Positions 28,003 through 36,711 of a stretch of DNA of 64,000 nucleotides are shown piece after piece. A program made the translations under genes and the position numbers. The notes under the pieces were generated by a model. The model was not told where the DNA came from, searched no databases, and saw only the letters and a list, made by a program, of their open reading frames with translations. The stretch's first letter is position 1. Every line of letters begins with the position of its first letter. The DNA lies in the NCBI GenBank assembly GCA_051872635.1, contig JBJEEA010000003.1:6236-70235 (forward strand). The letters are read 5' to 3'. The DNA comes from Bacilli bacterium (GTDB taxonomy: Bacteria; Bacillota_I; Bacilli_A; RF39; UBA660).

Positions 28003-29985
28003 CTATATACCTTTATCTTTATTTAAATTGATCTGTCTAAAATAATCATATTTCAAAGTTAAATCATTTTTTCTTATTAAATAGTTTATGTAATAATTTT
28101 TGTCTTCTAATGATACTGAATCAATATACTTTCCATTAGTAACAGTTCCTCCATCAACATAGACATTTCCATCATACCACGAATAATCATTAAAGAAGAC
28201 AAAACCATTATAACTAGGATTTAAAGCATCTTCGCCAATATAATAATTTGGATGATATTCTAGACCAAATAAATTTACTAATGTCGGTAAAATATTTAAT
28301 TGTGAGGTTACTTCAGTTATTTTTTTACTTTCTATATCTTTACTCCAAATAAAGAATGGTGTGTGATTGATAAGATTATTATTTGTTTCTTTATATTTAC
28401 TTAATACAGATTGATCGGATAGAGTATATAAATAATGATCGGTAAATACCACAATAACTGTATCATCTAATAAATCTTTCTCTTCTAGTTTTTGTTTTAA
28501 AAGGCTTATCATATAATCTGTTTCCTTGACTTGACGTCTAGCACATTCTTCCTCTGTAAGTACTGGTATTGAATAATCTTCTGGTAATTCTTCTACATTG
28601 TTTTCTTTTAAATAATCTTCTTCAACTAATTTTTTACATACACCTTTTTCAGTACTAAATGGTAAATGAGAAGAATAGGTAATAATATAATTTAAAAATT
28701 TTTCAGAACTAAACATCTTTTCTGCAAAGGTTTCATTTAAAATCAATTCACGATCTAAAGTATATGAATCATCTTTATATGTGTCTAAGTCTTTTAGTCC
28801 ATAGTAATTATCATATCCCCAATTTTTATAATTTGTTCCTCTTGAATAATACTCACTGGTATTCATATGGAAGGCATTAACTGTATATCCAGCATTTTTA
28901 AAAAGATTTGCCATTGAATATGGAAAGCTATTCTTATTAAATGTATAAGCATTTTGAGTATATGATAGAGGAGTAATAAAACCAGTATTGACGGCAAATT
29001 CTGAATTAAATGTCGAACCACCTCCATTATAGTAAGAATAATGATTAGTAAAGTTTATTCCTTCATTCATCATTTGATATAAATTCGGTGTATCCTCTTT
29101 ATTAAGAAGCCAATCATCTATTCCTTCTAACTGAATAATTAGAAGATTTTTATCTTTAAAAAGGGAGGTATATTTATTATAATAATTTTCTTCTTCAATA
29201 TTATAAGTTTCATTTAAAAATTTTAAATCTTCTTCATTGCTACTTTTTTTTGCTTTAATAAAAGTAATGTAAAAATTTCTTAAACTATATTCATATAAGC
29301 CTGCGACAGTCATACTCTTATTATTATCGTTAAAATTAATATATATATTTCTTGGATTACGCCAAGTGCTCCATGTTAACTCTTTATCTGGACTACCTAA
29401 TAATAATGGTATTAGAGTGTGAATAATTAAAAAGGCAAAAAATACTTTTATGATCTTTTTTAAATTTGTTTTGTTTCTTTTGGGAAAGTATTTTAAAGCA
29501 ACAATAAAAGTTAATATTATGATAATACTCAAGATGTATACTAATATGTTACAATTTAAAATAGCATCTAATATATATGAAGAACCTTCTCCTGCTAGAA
29601 GAAGAAGACTAAAATCAAAAAAAGTATTAGTCATGGAATAATAAATATTATTTAATAAAAACAAAATAAAAGATATAATAAAAAAAATTATATATGTTAT
29701 TTTTCCTTTTTTATTATCTAAGAAAATGCTAATTCCTATCATTAAAAAAATCCAAATAAAGGTAAATAAACTTGGTACTATGTTAAATAGACCAAAAAAA
29801 TTAATTTTTATTCCAAAGATTCTTGTTATAATATCCATTAGAATAAAAGGAATGGATAAAGTAATAATATAATAGTATTTTTTTATAAATTTTTTGATAT
29901 TAATTATTATTTTTGAATTTTTTATTTTTGTTATTGCTTGGTTATTTTTTGCTTTTTTAACTTCTTTTTTCACAGAAATCACCAC
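28003..29985 (-). CDS. ltaS: LTA synthase family protein (polytopic N-terminus plus extracellular sulfatase-like domain)
   Basis: Five N-terminal hydrophobic helices, then QLEGIDDW, GGGSTFNSEF, FTDHY motifs of LtaS-type phosphoglycerol transferases. Confidence 0.8.
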   Translation of the reverse strand: MVISVKKEVKKAKNNQAITKIKNSKIIINIKKFIKKYYYIITLSIPFILMDIITRIFGIKINFFGLFNIVPSLFTFIWIFLMIGISIFLDNKKGKITYIIFFIISFILFLLNNIYYSMTNTFFDFSLLLLAGEGSSYILDAILNCNILVYILSIIIILTFIVALKYFPKRNKTNLKKIIKVFFAFLIIHTLIPLLLGSPDKELTWSTWRNPRNIYINFNDNNKSMTVAGLYEYSLRNFYITFIKAKKSSNEEDLKFLNETYNIEEENYYNKYTSLFKDKNLLIIQLEGIDDWLLNKEDTPNLYQMMNEGINFTNHYSYYNGGGSTFNSEFAVNTGFITPLSYTQNAYTFNKNSFPYSMANLFKNAGYTVNAFHMNTSEYYSRGTNYKNWGYDNYYGLKDLDTYKDDSYTLDRELILNETFAEKMFSSEKFLNYIITYSSHLPFSTEKGVCKKLVEEDYLKENNVEELPEDYSIPVLTEEECARRQVKETDYMISLLKQKLEEKDLLDDTVIVVFTDHYLYTLSDQSVLSKYKETNNNLINHTPFFIWSKDIESKKITEVTSQLNILPTLVNLFGLEYHPNYYIGEDALNPSYNGFVFFNDYSWYDGNVYVDGGTVTNGKYIDSVSLEDKNYYINYLIRKNDLTLKYDYFRQINLNKDKGI

Positions 29986-30119
29986 TACTTCTGATTATAC
30001 TATATATTTATTTGTTTGTAAATAGAAGGGTTTTAATTATTTTTTACGTTTTTTATATCTTTTTTTTTAGTTTTTTGATATAATTTAATTATAATTTAAG
30101 AATAGAGAGAAGGTGTTGT

Positions 30120-31880
30120 ATGTTTAAAGAGATTATATCCATTACTAAGAATTATGCAATTGTAAAAATTGATAATATTATTAATGATGATTTGCTAAAT
30201 CTAAATGTCGTATTTGAAGAAGATAACAAAAAAATTCTAGGAGAAATTGAAGAAGTTAATCTAGATGAAGTTAAAATTAACTTTCTAGGAGAATTTCATG
30301 ATAATAAATTTTTTGACGGTATTATTAGAAAACCTAGTATAAAAGCTAATATTAGAATTATTAATTCCTCTGAACTTGCTGAACTTACTGGTTATAATGA
30401 TCCTAATGCAATGCTTCTTGGTTATTCGCCACTTTATAATAATAGCCCTATTAAAATTAATATCGATGATATGTGGAGTAATCATACTGCTATTTTTGGT
30501 AACACTGGTTCTGGTAAAACTTATGGGGTGGCAAGACTTGTCCAAAATTTGTTTACAATGAAGGATTTTATTCCTTTTAATAGTATTATTTTTATCTTTA
30601 ATAATACTGATGAATATGATAATGCTTTTAACTCTATTGATACTTTTAATTTTAATTTTAATTATAAATTATTTTCAACTGATGTAAGTAAGGAAAACAA
30701 TATTTTAAAGATTCCTTTATGGTTAATGTCAGTTGACGATTATGCTAATTTACTTGATGTTTCTGATTATTCACAAATTATGATTATTGAAAAAATGCTT
30801 TCTTATGTTTCTTTATTTGCTAAAAATGATGAAGAATCTAATAGATACAAAAATCATTTAATTGCTAAAGCCATTGTTTCAGTGTTATATTCTAATCAAG
30901 TATCTGCAAGAATTAGAGATCAAATATTTTCAATATTAACTGACTGTCATACTAATGAACTTAATTTAGATGTTGAAGTTCCAGGAGTTGGATATACAAG
31001 AGAATTTAGAAAATGTTTTGAAATAGATAGTCAAGGTCAGTTTGCCGAAAGAGTACTTATTACAGAATATATTAATAAATTTATTGATAATGATACTAAA
31101 TGGAATGAAGAATATGTTCCTACTTATTTTACAATTGACGATTTAGAAGTTGCTCTTAATTTTACACTAATTTCTGAAGGACTTCTACTTAATGAAAAAT
31201 CATATAGTGAAGCTACCGCTATGAAGGTTAAACTTCATACTATTGCTAATAGTACGCAGAGAAAATTTTTTGAATATGATAAATTTATTACTATAAATGA
31301 TTTTATTTCTAGCTTGATACTTGTAGGAAATAATAAAAGAGCACAAATTATTAATTTTGTACTAGAAAATATCGATGATAGATTTGCAAAAGCTCTTGTT
31401 AAGATTTATTCGAGAATATTATTTAATTTTGCTAAAAATCTTCCTTCACGAGGCAGTATGCCTATGCATATTATGCTTGAAGAGGCGCATAGGTATGTTC
31501 AAAAAGATAGTGATAATGTCATATTAGGATATAATATTTTTGAAAGAATTGCTAAAGAAGGTAGAAAATTTGGAGTTGTTTTGGATTTGATTACACAAAG
31601 ACCTACAGAATTATCAGAAACAGTTATTTCACAATGTAGTAATTTTTTAATATTTAAAATTAATCATCCTAGTGATTTAGAGTATATTGAAAAAATGGTA
31701 CCTAATATAAGTAGTGATGTTATTGAAAAGCAAAAATCCCTTCAAGCAGGTACTTGTGTTGCTTTTGGAAAGATGATGAAAATTCCTATGATAGTAAAAA
31801 TGGATATTCCAAATCCTCCTCCACATAGTTCAAATGCTAATGTATTTGACAAATGGATGATACAGTGGAAAAATAATTAA
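30120..31880 (+). CDS. HerA-like (DUF87) P-loop ATPase, no NurA or other partner adjacent
   Basis: N-terminal barrel-like segment, Walker A GNTGSGKT, Walker B IMLEEAHRY, GRKFGVVLDLITQRPTELSETVISQCSNFLIFKINHPSDL. Confidence 0.75.
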   Translation: MFKEIISITKNYAIVKIDNIINDDLLNLNVVFEEDNKKILGEIEEVNLDEVKINFLGEFHDNKFFDGIIRKPSIKANIRIINSSELAELTGYNDPNAMLLGYSPLYNNSPIKINIDDMWSNHTAIFGNTGSGKTYGVARLVQNLFTMKDFIPFNSIIFIFNNTDEYDNAFNSIDTFNFNFNYKLFSTDVSKENNILKIPLWLMSVDDYANLLDVSDYSQIMIIEKMLSYVSLFAKNDEESNRYKNHLIAKAIVSVLYSNQVSARIRDQIFSILTDCHTNELNLDVEVPGVGYTREFRKCFEIDSQGQFAERVLITEYINKFIDNDTKWNEEYVPTYFTIDDLEVALNFTLISEGLLLNEKSYSEATAMKVKLHTIANSTQRKFFEYDKFITINDFISSLILVGNNKRAQIINFVLENIDDRFAKALVKIYSRILFNFAKNLPSRGSMPMHIMLEEAHRYVQKDSDNVILGYNIFERIAKEGRKFGVVLDLITQRPTELSETVISQCSNFLIFKINHPSDLEYIEKMVPNISSDVIEKQKSLQAGTCVAFGKMMKIPMIVKMDIPNPPPHSSNANVFDKWMIQWKNN

Positions 31881-31915
31881 TATAAAGCCTTATAAAATAA
31901 GGCTTTATATTTTTA
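31881..31915 (+). terminator. Rho-independent terminator of the HerA-like gene
   Basis: tataaagcctt / aaggctttata 11-bp stem, then tttttat. Confidence 0.8.
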
Positions 31916-32216
31916 TCAACAATATCAACATGTCTGTGGAAAAGTAAATTTACACATGTTAATAAATTATTTTGTTTAAATTTGTTAACAATTATTTAAA
32001 ATACTTATTTTATATGTTATTATATTGTTGAAAAACTGTTTATATATTGTTATTTTAACTGTTAATAAATGTAAAATATTAATTTTAACTTATTTTTCAT
32101 ATTAACAGTCTTGTTTATTTAAAAAAATTTAAACTTAGTTAAAAAAATTACTAGACAAAATTTATTTTTGATATATAATAAAGTTAACGGGATTTTTGAT
32201 ATAAGGAGGTTTTGAA
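31910..32216. other. oriC upstream part (DnaA-box cluster plus dnaA promoter region)
   Basis: ttatcaaca (31913), atatcaaca (31922), tgtggaaaa (31935, rc TTTTCCACA), tgttgaaaa (32026); ORF-free and extremely AT-rich; candidate promoter tagaca-16-tataat at 32152..32179. Confidence 0.65.
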
Positions 32217-33581
32217 ATGGATACAGAGATGTTATGGAATAAATTTCTCGAAAAAATTAAAGAACGTGTATCTCCTTTATCATATGATACTTGGTTTAAA
32301 GACACAAGACTTTATAAAATTGATAAAAATATTGCTTTTGTAATCGTACCAATGTCGCTTCATAAAAAGCATTTAGAGGAAAATTATAAAGATGAAATTG
32401 AAGAAGTTTTTAATTCTATAACTGGAACTAATTTTAATTTTCAATTTAAATTAGAAAGTGAAATTACGGAAGAATTTAAAACCGAAAAAGAATTATATAA
32501 TGATAATCAGAAAAATGATATTTTGCATCAAAGTAGTGATAGTGCTAATTTAAAAAGAGAATATACATTTGATAATTTCATTGTAGGAGATTCAAATAGA
32601 TTTGCATATACTGCGGCGAGGGCAGTAGCAGAAAAACCTGGAAAAGCTTATAATCCTTTGTTTTTATATGGAAAAAGTGGTCTTGGTAAAACACATCTTA
32701 TGCATTCAATAGGAAATTATATAATAGAAAATTCTAATAAAAAAGTTTTATATGTGTCTAGTGAACAATTTGTAAATGATTACATATATGCTGTTAGAAA
32801 TAATGATAAATCAGGGTTTGATAAAATTGATTCTTTTAAGAATAAATATCGTAATATTGATGTACTTATTATTGATGATATTCAATTTTTAGGAACCGCT
32901 ACTAAAGGACAAGAAGAATTTTTTCATACCTTTAATCAACTGCATGATTCAAATAAACAAATAATTATTGCCTCAGATAGGTCAGTTGATGACTTAAAAA
33001 TGCTAGAAAATAGGTTAATTACTAGATTTAATTGGGGTCTTACGGCTAATATTACGCCTCCTGATTTTAATCTTCGGGTAAATATTATAAAGAAGAAAAT
33101 ATCACATCAAGAAGCAGCAGAAGATATTCCTATGGAAGTTATTGAATATATAGCTAATATTAATGATTCAGATGTCAGACAGTTAGAAGGTGCTATAACT
33201 AGAGTTTTTGCTTATGCTCTTATGATGAATAAAGGAAAAATTACTTTAGATGTTGCTATTGATGCCCTTAAAGATAGAGTTAGTGACAGAAGTGTTTATA
33301 AAAATGATGTACATCGTATTCAAAGAATTGTTTGTGAATATTTTAAAATTGATATTGAAGATTTAAAAGGAAAGAAGAGAAGCAAAGATGTTAATTATCC
33401 AAGACAAATTGCCATATATTTATGTAGAATTATGACTAATGAATCTTTTCCAAAACTTGGAACATACTTTGGAGGAAGAGATCATTCTACTATTATAAGT
33501 GCTTGTCAAAAAATTGAAAAGGATTTAAAAACAAATTCACAGTTAAAAACAGTAATAGATGAACTTAAAAAGAGAATATAG
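32217..33581 (+). CDS. dnaA: Chromosomal replication initiator DnaA
   Basis: YTFDNFIVGDSNRFA, Walker A GKSGLGKTHL, IDDIQFL, C-terminal DnaA signature GGRDHSTI. Confidence 0.97.
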   Translation: MDTEMLWNKFLEKIKERVSPLSYDTWFKDTRLYKIDKNIAFVIVPMSLHKKHLEENYKDEIEEVFNSITGTNFNFQFKLESEITEEFKTEKELYNDNQKNDILHQSSDSANLKREYTFDNFIVGDSNRFAYTAARAVAEKPGKAYNPLFLYGKSGLGKTHLMHSIGNYIIENSNKKVLYVSSEQFVNDYIYAVRNNDKSGFDKIDSFKNKYRNIDVLIIDDIQFLGTATKGQEEFFHTFNQLHDSNKQIIIASDRSVDDLKMLENRLITRFNWGLTANITPPDFNLRVNIIKKKISHQEAAEDIPMEVIEYIANINDSDVRQLEGAITRVFAYALMMNKGKITLDVAIDALKDRVSDRSVYKNDVHRIQRIVCEYFKIDIEDLKGKKRSKDVNYPRQIAIYLCRIMTNESFPKLGTYFGGRDHSTIISACQKIEKDLKTNSQLKTVIDELKKRI

Positions 33582-33711
33582 TTGATAAATATAATTATAT
33601 CAACAATAGTTGTGGAAAGATAAAACTAGAAGATACAATGATTTATAGAAGTTTTTTACAGTTTCAACAGTATAATAATAATAATAAAATAAAAGAAAGA
33701 AGATGGTAAAT
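33582..33711. other. oriC downstream part (dnaA-dnaN spacer with DnaA boxes and AT-rich candidate unwinding element)
   Basis: atatcaaca-atagt-tgtggaaag at 33597..33619, then (ata)n tract tataataataataataaaataaaa at ~33671..33695. Confidence 0.6.
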
Positions 33712-34827
33712 ATGAAATTTAAAGTAAAGAAAGAAATATTGTTAGAAAGTTTAAATAATACAGCAAGAGCTATATCTACTAAAAATTTAATTCCTATTTT
33801 AACAGGTATTAAATTTGAACTTAGAAGTGAAGGCTTATATTTATATGCAAGTGATACTGATGTATCTATTAGAACTTTTATAAAAAAAGAAGATTTAACT
33901 AGTATAGAAGAACTTGGTAGTATTGTTATAGGTGGTAAATATATTGTTGAAATAATTAGAAAACTTCCCAATACTGATATATTAATAGAAGTTATTGACG
34001 GTTATAAATTAATTATTAGTACAGATAATACTGAATTTAATTTAAATGGAGTAAATCCTAATGAATTTCCTAATTTAGATTTAGATGAAACTAAAGAACC
34101 AATAATTATAAAAAATAGTACTTTTAGAGAAATTATTAATCAAACTGTTTTTGCTACTTCACAAAGTGAAACAAGGCCACTTCTTACGGGAATTAATTTT
34201 AGAATTAGTGGTGATACACTAGAAGTTTTAGCTACTGATTCTTATAGACTAGCTAGAAAAATGGTTAAGATTGATGAATTTCAAGAAAATGATATTAATA
34301 TAGTCATTCCTGGTAAAAATTTGGTTGAACTTATAAAAATGTTTGATGATGATGCTTCAAATTTGGAAATTCATTTGTTTAGTAATAAAGTTTTATTTAA
34401 ATATAAAAATGTTGTTTTCTTATCTAGACTTTTGAGTGGTACTTATCCAACTACATCTAATATAATTCCAAAAGATTTTAATATTGAACTTGAATGTTTA
34501 TTTGATGATTTATTTAATATGATTGACAGGGCTTCGCTTCTTACTTCTGATCGTGAAAAAAATACTATTAAATTATCACTTAATAAGAAAGAATTAATGA
34601 TTTCTTCAAATTCTCCAGAAATTGGTAAAGTTGAAGAAAAAATAGAAGTAGATTCTGATAAGGTTATTAGTATTTCATTTAGTTCAAAATTTATGCTTGA
34701 TGCTATAAAAAGTTTTAATAAAGAAAAAGTTATTCTTTGTATGAATAATGACAGTTCACCCATAATTATTAAAAATAAAGAAGATGATTCTTTAATACAA
34801 CTTGTATTACCTATTAAAACATGTTAA
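33712..34827 (+). CDS. dnaN: DNA polymerase III beta sliding clamp
   Basis: MKFKVKKEILLESL start, ILTGIKFEL, RPLLTGINF, three-domain length (~371 aa). Confidence 0.95.
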   Translation: MKFKVKKEILLESLNNTARAISTKNLIPILTGIKFELRSEGLYLYASDTDVSIRTFIKKEDLTSIEELGSIVIGGKYIVEIIRKLPNTDILIEVIDGYKLIISTDNTEFNLNGVNPNEFPNLDLDETKEPIIIKNSTFREIINQTVFATSQSETRPLLTGINFRISGDTLEVLATDSYRLARKMVKIDEFQENDINIVIPGKNLVELIKMFDDDASNLEIHLFSNKVLFKYKNVVFLSRLLSGTYPTTSNIIPKDFNIELECLFDDLFNMIDRASLLTSDREKNTIKLSLNKKELMISSNSPEIGKVEEKIEVDSDKVISISFSSKFMLDAIKSFNKEKVILCMNNDSSPIIIKNKEDDSLIQLVLPIKTC

Positions 34828-34950
34828 TAAGAGTTCTTAATTTAGAATTCTTTTTTTTTTGTATATATCGACAAAATTTTACAAATTTCGACATTTAATT
34901 ATGCTTTAATATATTTCACATATTTTTATATGTGGAAAGGGGGATTTTGA

Positions 34951-35409
34951 ATGAAAAATTATATTTTAAATAGTGATGTTTTGTGTTTTACTCAAGATGT
35001 TGATGATGAAAAAAATATTTTAATTATGGAAAAAAATAGAAAAGTTATTATTGAAATGAATTGTTTGAAGTTTTTAAAGAAATGTTGTAAAGTGTATGGA
35101 TATTCTTATGATATACAAAGACAATTTATTATTGATAAATTTAATTATTATATCAAGACTCCTATATTGGTTTCACAATATGATAAACTTATTTTTTTTC
35201 CTACTTCTTCACCAACTTCAAAAAACTGTATTTGGATTTCATATAATAACGTTGATAGATATGTAAAAGAAAACGATTATACTAAAATATATTTTAAAGG
35301 TGGAAAAGTTTTTAATATAAGTGCTTCTTTTACTACTATTGACAGTCAAATAACTAAATGTATTAAAATAGAAAAGTATATCGATAGTATTTTTGAAAAA
35401 AGAAATTAA
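34951..35409 (+). CDS. comK: ComK-family competence transcription factor-like protein
   Basis: CKVYGYSYDIQRQ..., KTPILVSQYDKLIFFPTSSPTSKNCIWISYNNV..., KIYFKGGKVFNISASFTTIDSQ aligns by eye with B. subtilis ComK (CRFFGSSYAGRK, KPPIMVDPSNQIFLFPTLSSTRPQCGWISHVHV, EVTFSNGKTMELPISYNSFENQ); GGGGGA SD. Confidence 0.7.
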   Translation: MKNYILNSDVLCFTQDVDDEKNILIMEKNRKVIIEMNCLKFLKKCCKVYGYSYDIQRQFIIDKFNYYIKTPILVSQYDKLIFFPTSSPTSKNCIWISYNNVDRYVKENDYTKIYFKGGKVFNISASFTTIDSQITKCIKIEKYIDSIFEKRN

Positions 35410-35574
35410 TTATATAGTTATTTTTATACACTATATTGCTATTAAAAAAGTAATAATAATGAGAGAAAAATGTGTATTTCTCTTTTTTTTAGTTATATTT
35501 TATGATATAATTATAGATGTATAGGAGTACATAAAAAAGAAAAAGGTGAAAAAATGAGTCAAAAAATAGGTTAA

Positions 35575-36711
35575 ATGAAAATTAAAAAAATTGAACTATT
35601 GAATTATCGTAATTATGATAATTTGAAATTAGAATTTAATGATAACTTAAATATTATAATTGGTGATAATGCACAAGGAAAGACAAATTTACTGGAAGCT
35701 ATTTATGTACTTGCTGTTACAAAATCTTTTTTGTCAATTAACGATAAGAGTTTAATTAAGTTTAATAACAAATTTTCTTTTATTAAGGGGAAAATAATTA
35801 GAAATAATATTAGTGATGATTTAATGATTATTTTAGGTGAAAATGGTAAAACAGTTAAGATAAATGATAAAGAAATAAAAAAGTTAAGTGATTATATAAC
35901 TAAAATGAATGTGGTTATTTTTAGCTCTGATGCTATTAGAATGATAAAAGAAAGTCCATCTTCAAGAAGAAAATACCTTAATATTCAGATAAGTCAAATA
36001 AATAAAAAATATTTAAAAATTCTCAATGATTACAATACAGTTTTGAGACAGCGAAATGAATTTTTAAAAATATTAAATCTAAATAAAAAAAGTGATTTAG
36101 ATTATTTAAATATAATTAATGATAAATATGTTGATTTATCTATTCTTATTTATAATTATAGAAAAAAATATATAGAGGGAATTAATAATTATATTGATAA
36201 AGTTTTTTTTTCGATTACTTCTTTAAAAAATCTTAAATTGTGTTATTCTTCAAATATTGAAGTTAATGGTCAAGTTAATAAGGATTTATTAGTTAGAAAA
36301 ATTGAAAAAAATATTGATAAAGAAATTCAATATAAAATGACTTTAATTGGTCCTAATCGCGATGATTTTTATTTTCTATTAAATGATAAAAATTTGTCAA
36401 TTTATGGATCACAAGGGCAAATTAGAAGTGCAATATTATCTCTTAAATTTGCTGAAGTAAAATTATTTACTGATATAGTTGGAGATAGTCCTATACTTCT
36501 TTTAGATGATATTTTTAGTGAACTTGATATAGATAAGCGTAATAGTATTTTAAAATATTTAGATCAAAAAATACAGACAATTATAACTACTACTGATGTA
36601 GAAAATATAAATGAAAAAATAAGAAAAAAAGCTAATGTTTATAGAATAGAAAATGGAAAAATTATTTCCCGGGAAATAATTTCTGACAGGAAGGGTGATA
36701 TATATGAATAA
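35575..36711 (+). CDS. recF: DNA replication and repair protein RecF
   Basis: [14 protein letters not shown], Walker [14 protein letters not shown], signature SQGQIRS, Walker [12 protein letters not shown]. Confidence 0.93.
   Translation: MKIKKIELLNYRNYDNLKLEFNDNLNIIIGDNAQGKTNLLEAIYVLAVTKSFLSINDKSLIKFNNKFSFIKGKIIRNNISDDLMIILGENGKTVKINDKEIKKLSDYITKMNVVIFSSDAIRMIKESPSSRRKYLNIQISQINKKYLKILNDYNTVLRQRNEFLKILNLNKKSDLDYLNIINDKYVDLSILIYNYRKKYIEGINNYIDKVFFSITSLKNLKLCYSSNIEVNGQVNKDLLVRKIEKNIDKEIQYKMTLIGPNRDDFYFLLNDKNLSIYGSQGQIRSAILSLKFAEVKLFTDIVGDSPILLLDDIFSELDIDKRNSILKYLDQKIQTIITTTDVENINEKIRKKANVYRIENGKIISREIISDRKGDIYE
36659..36682. promoter_or_regulatory. Noc-binding site (NBS) C inside the recF 3' end
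   Basis: 24-bp perfect palindrome aaattatttcccgggaaataattt, core TATTTCCCGGGAAATA 36663..36678; translated IISREIIS. Confidence 0.8.
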
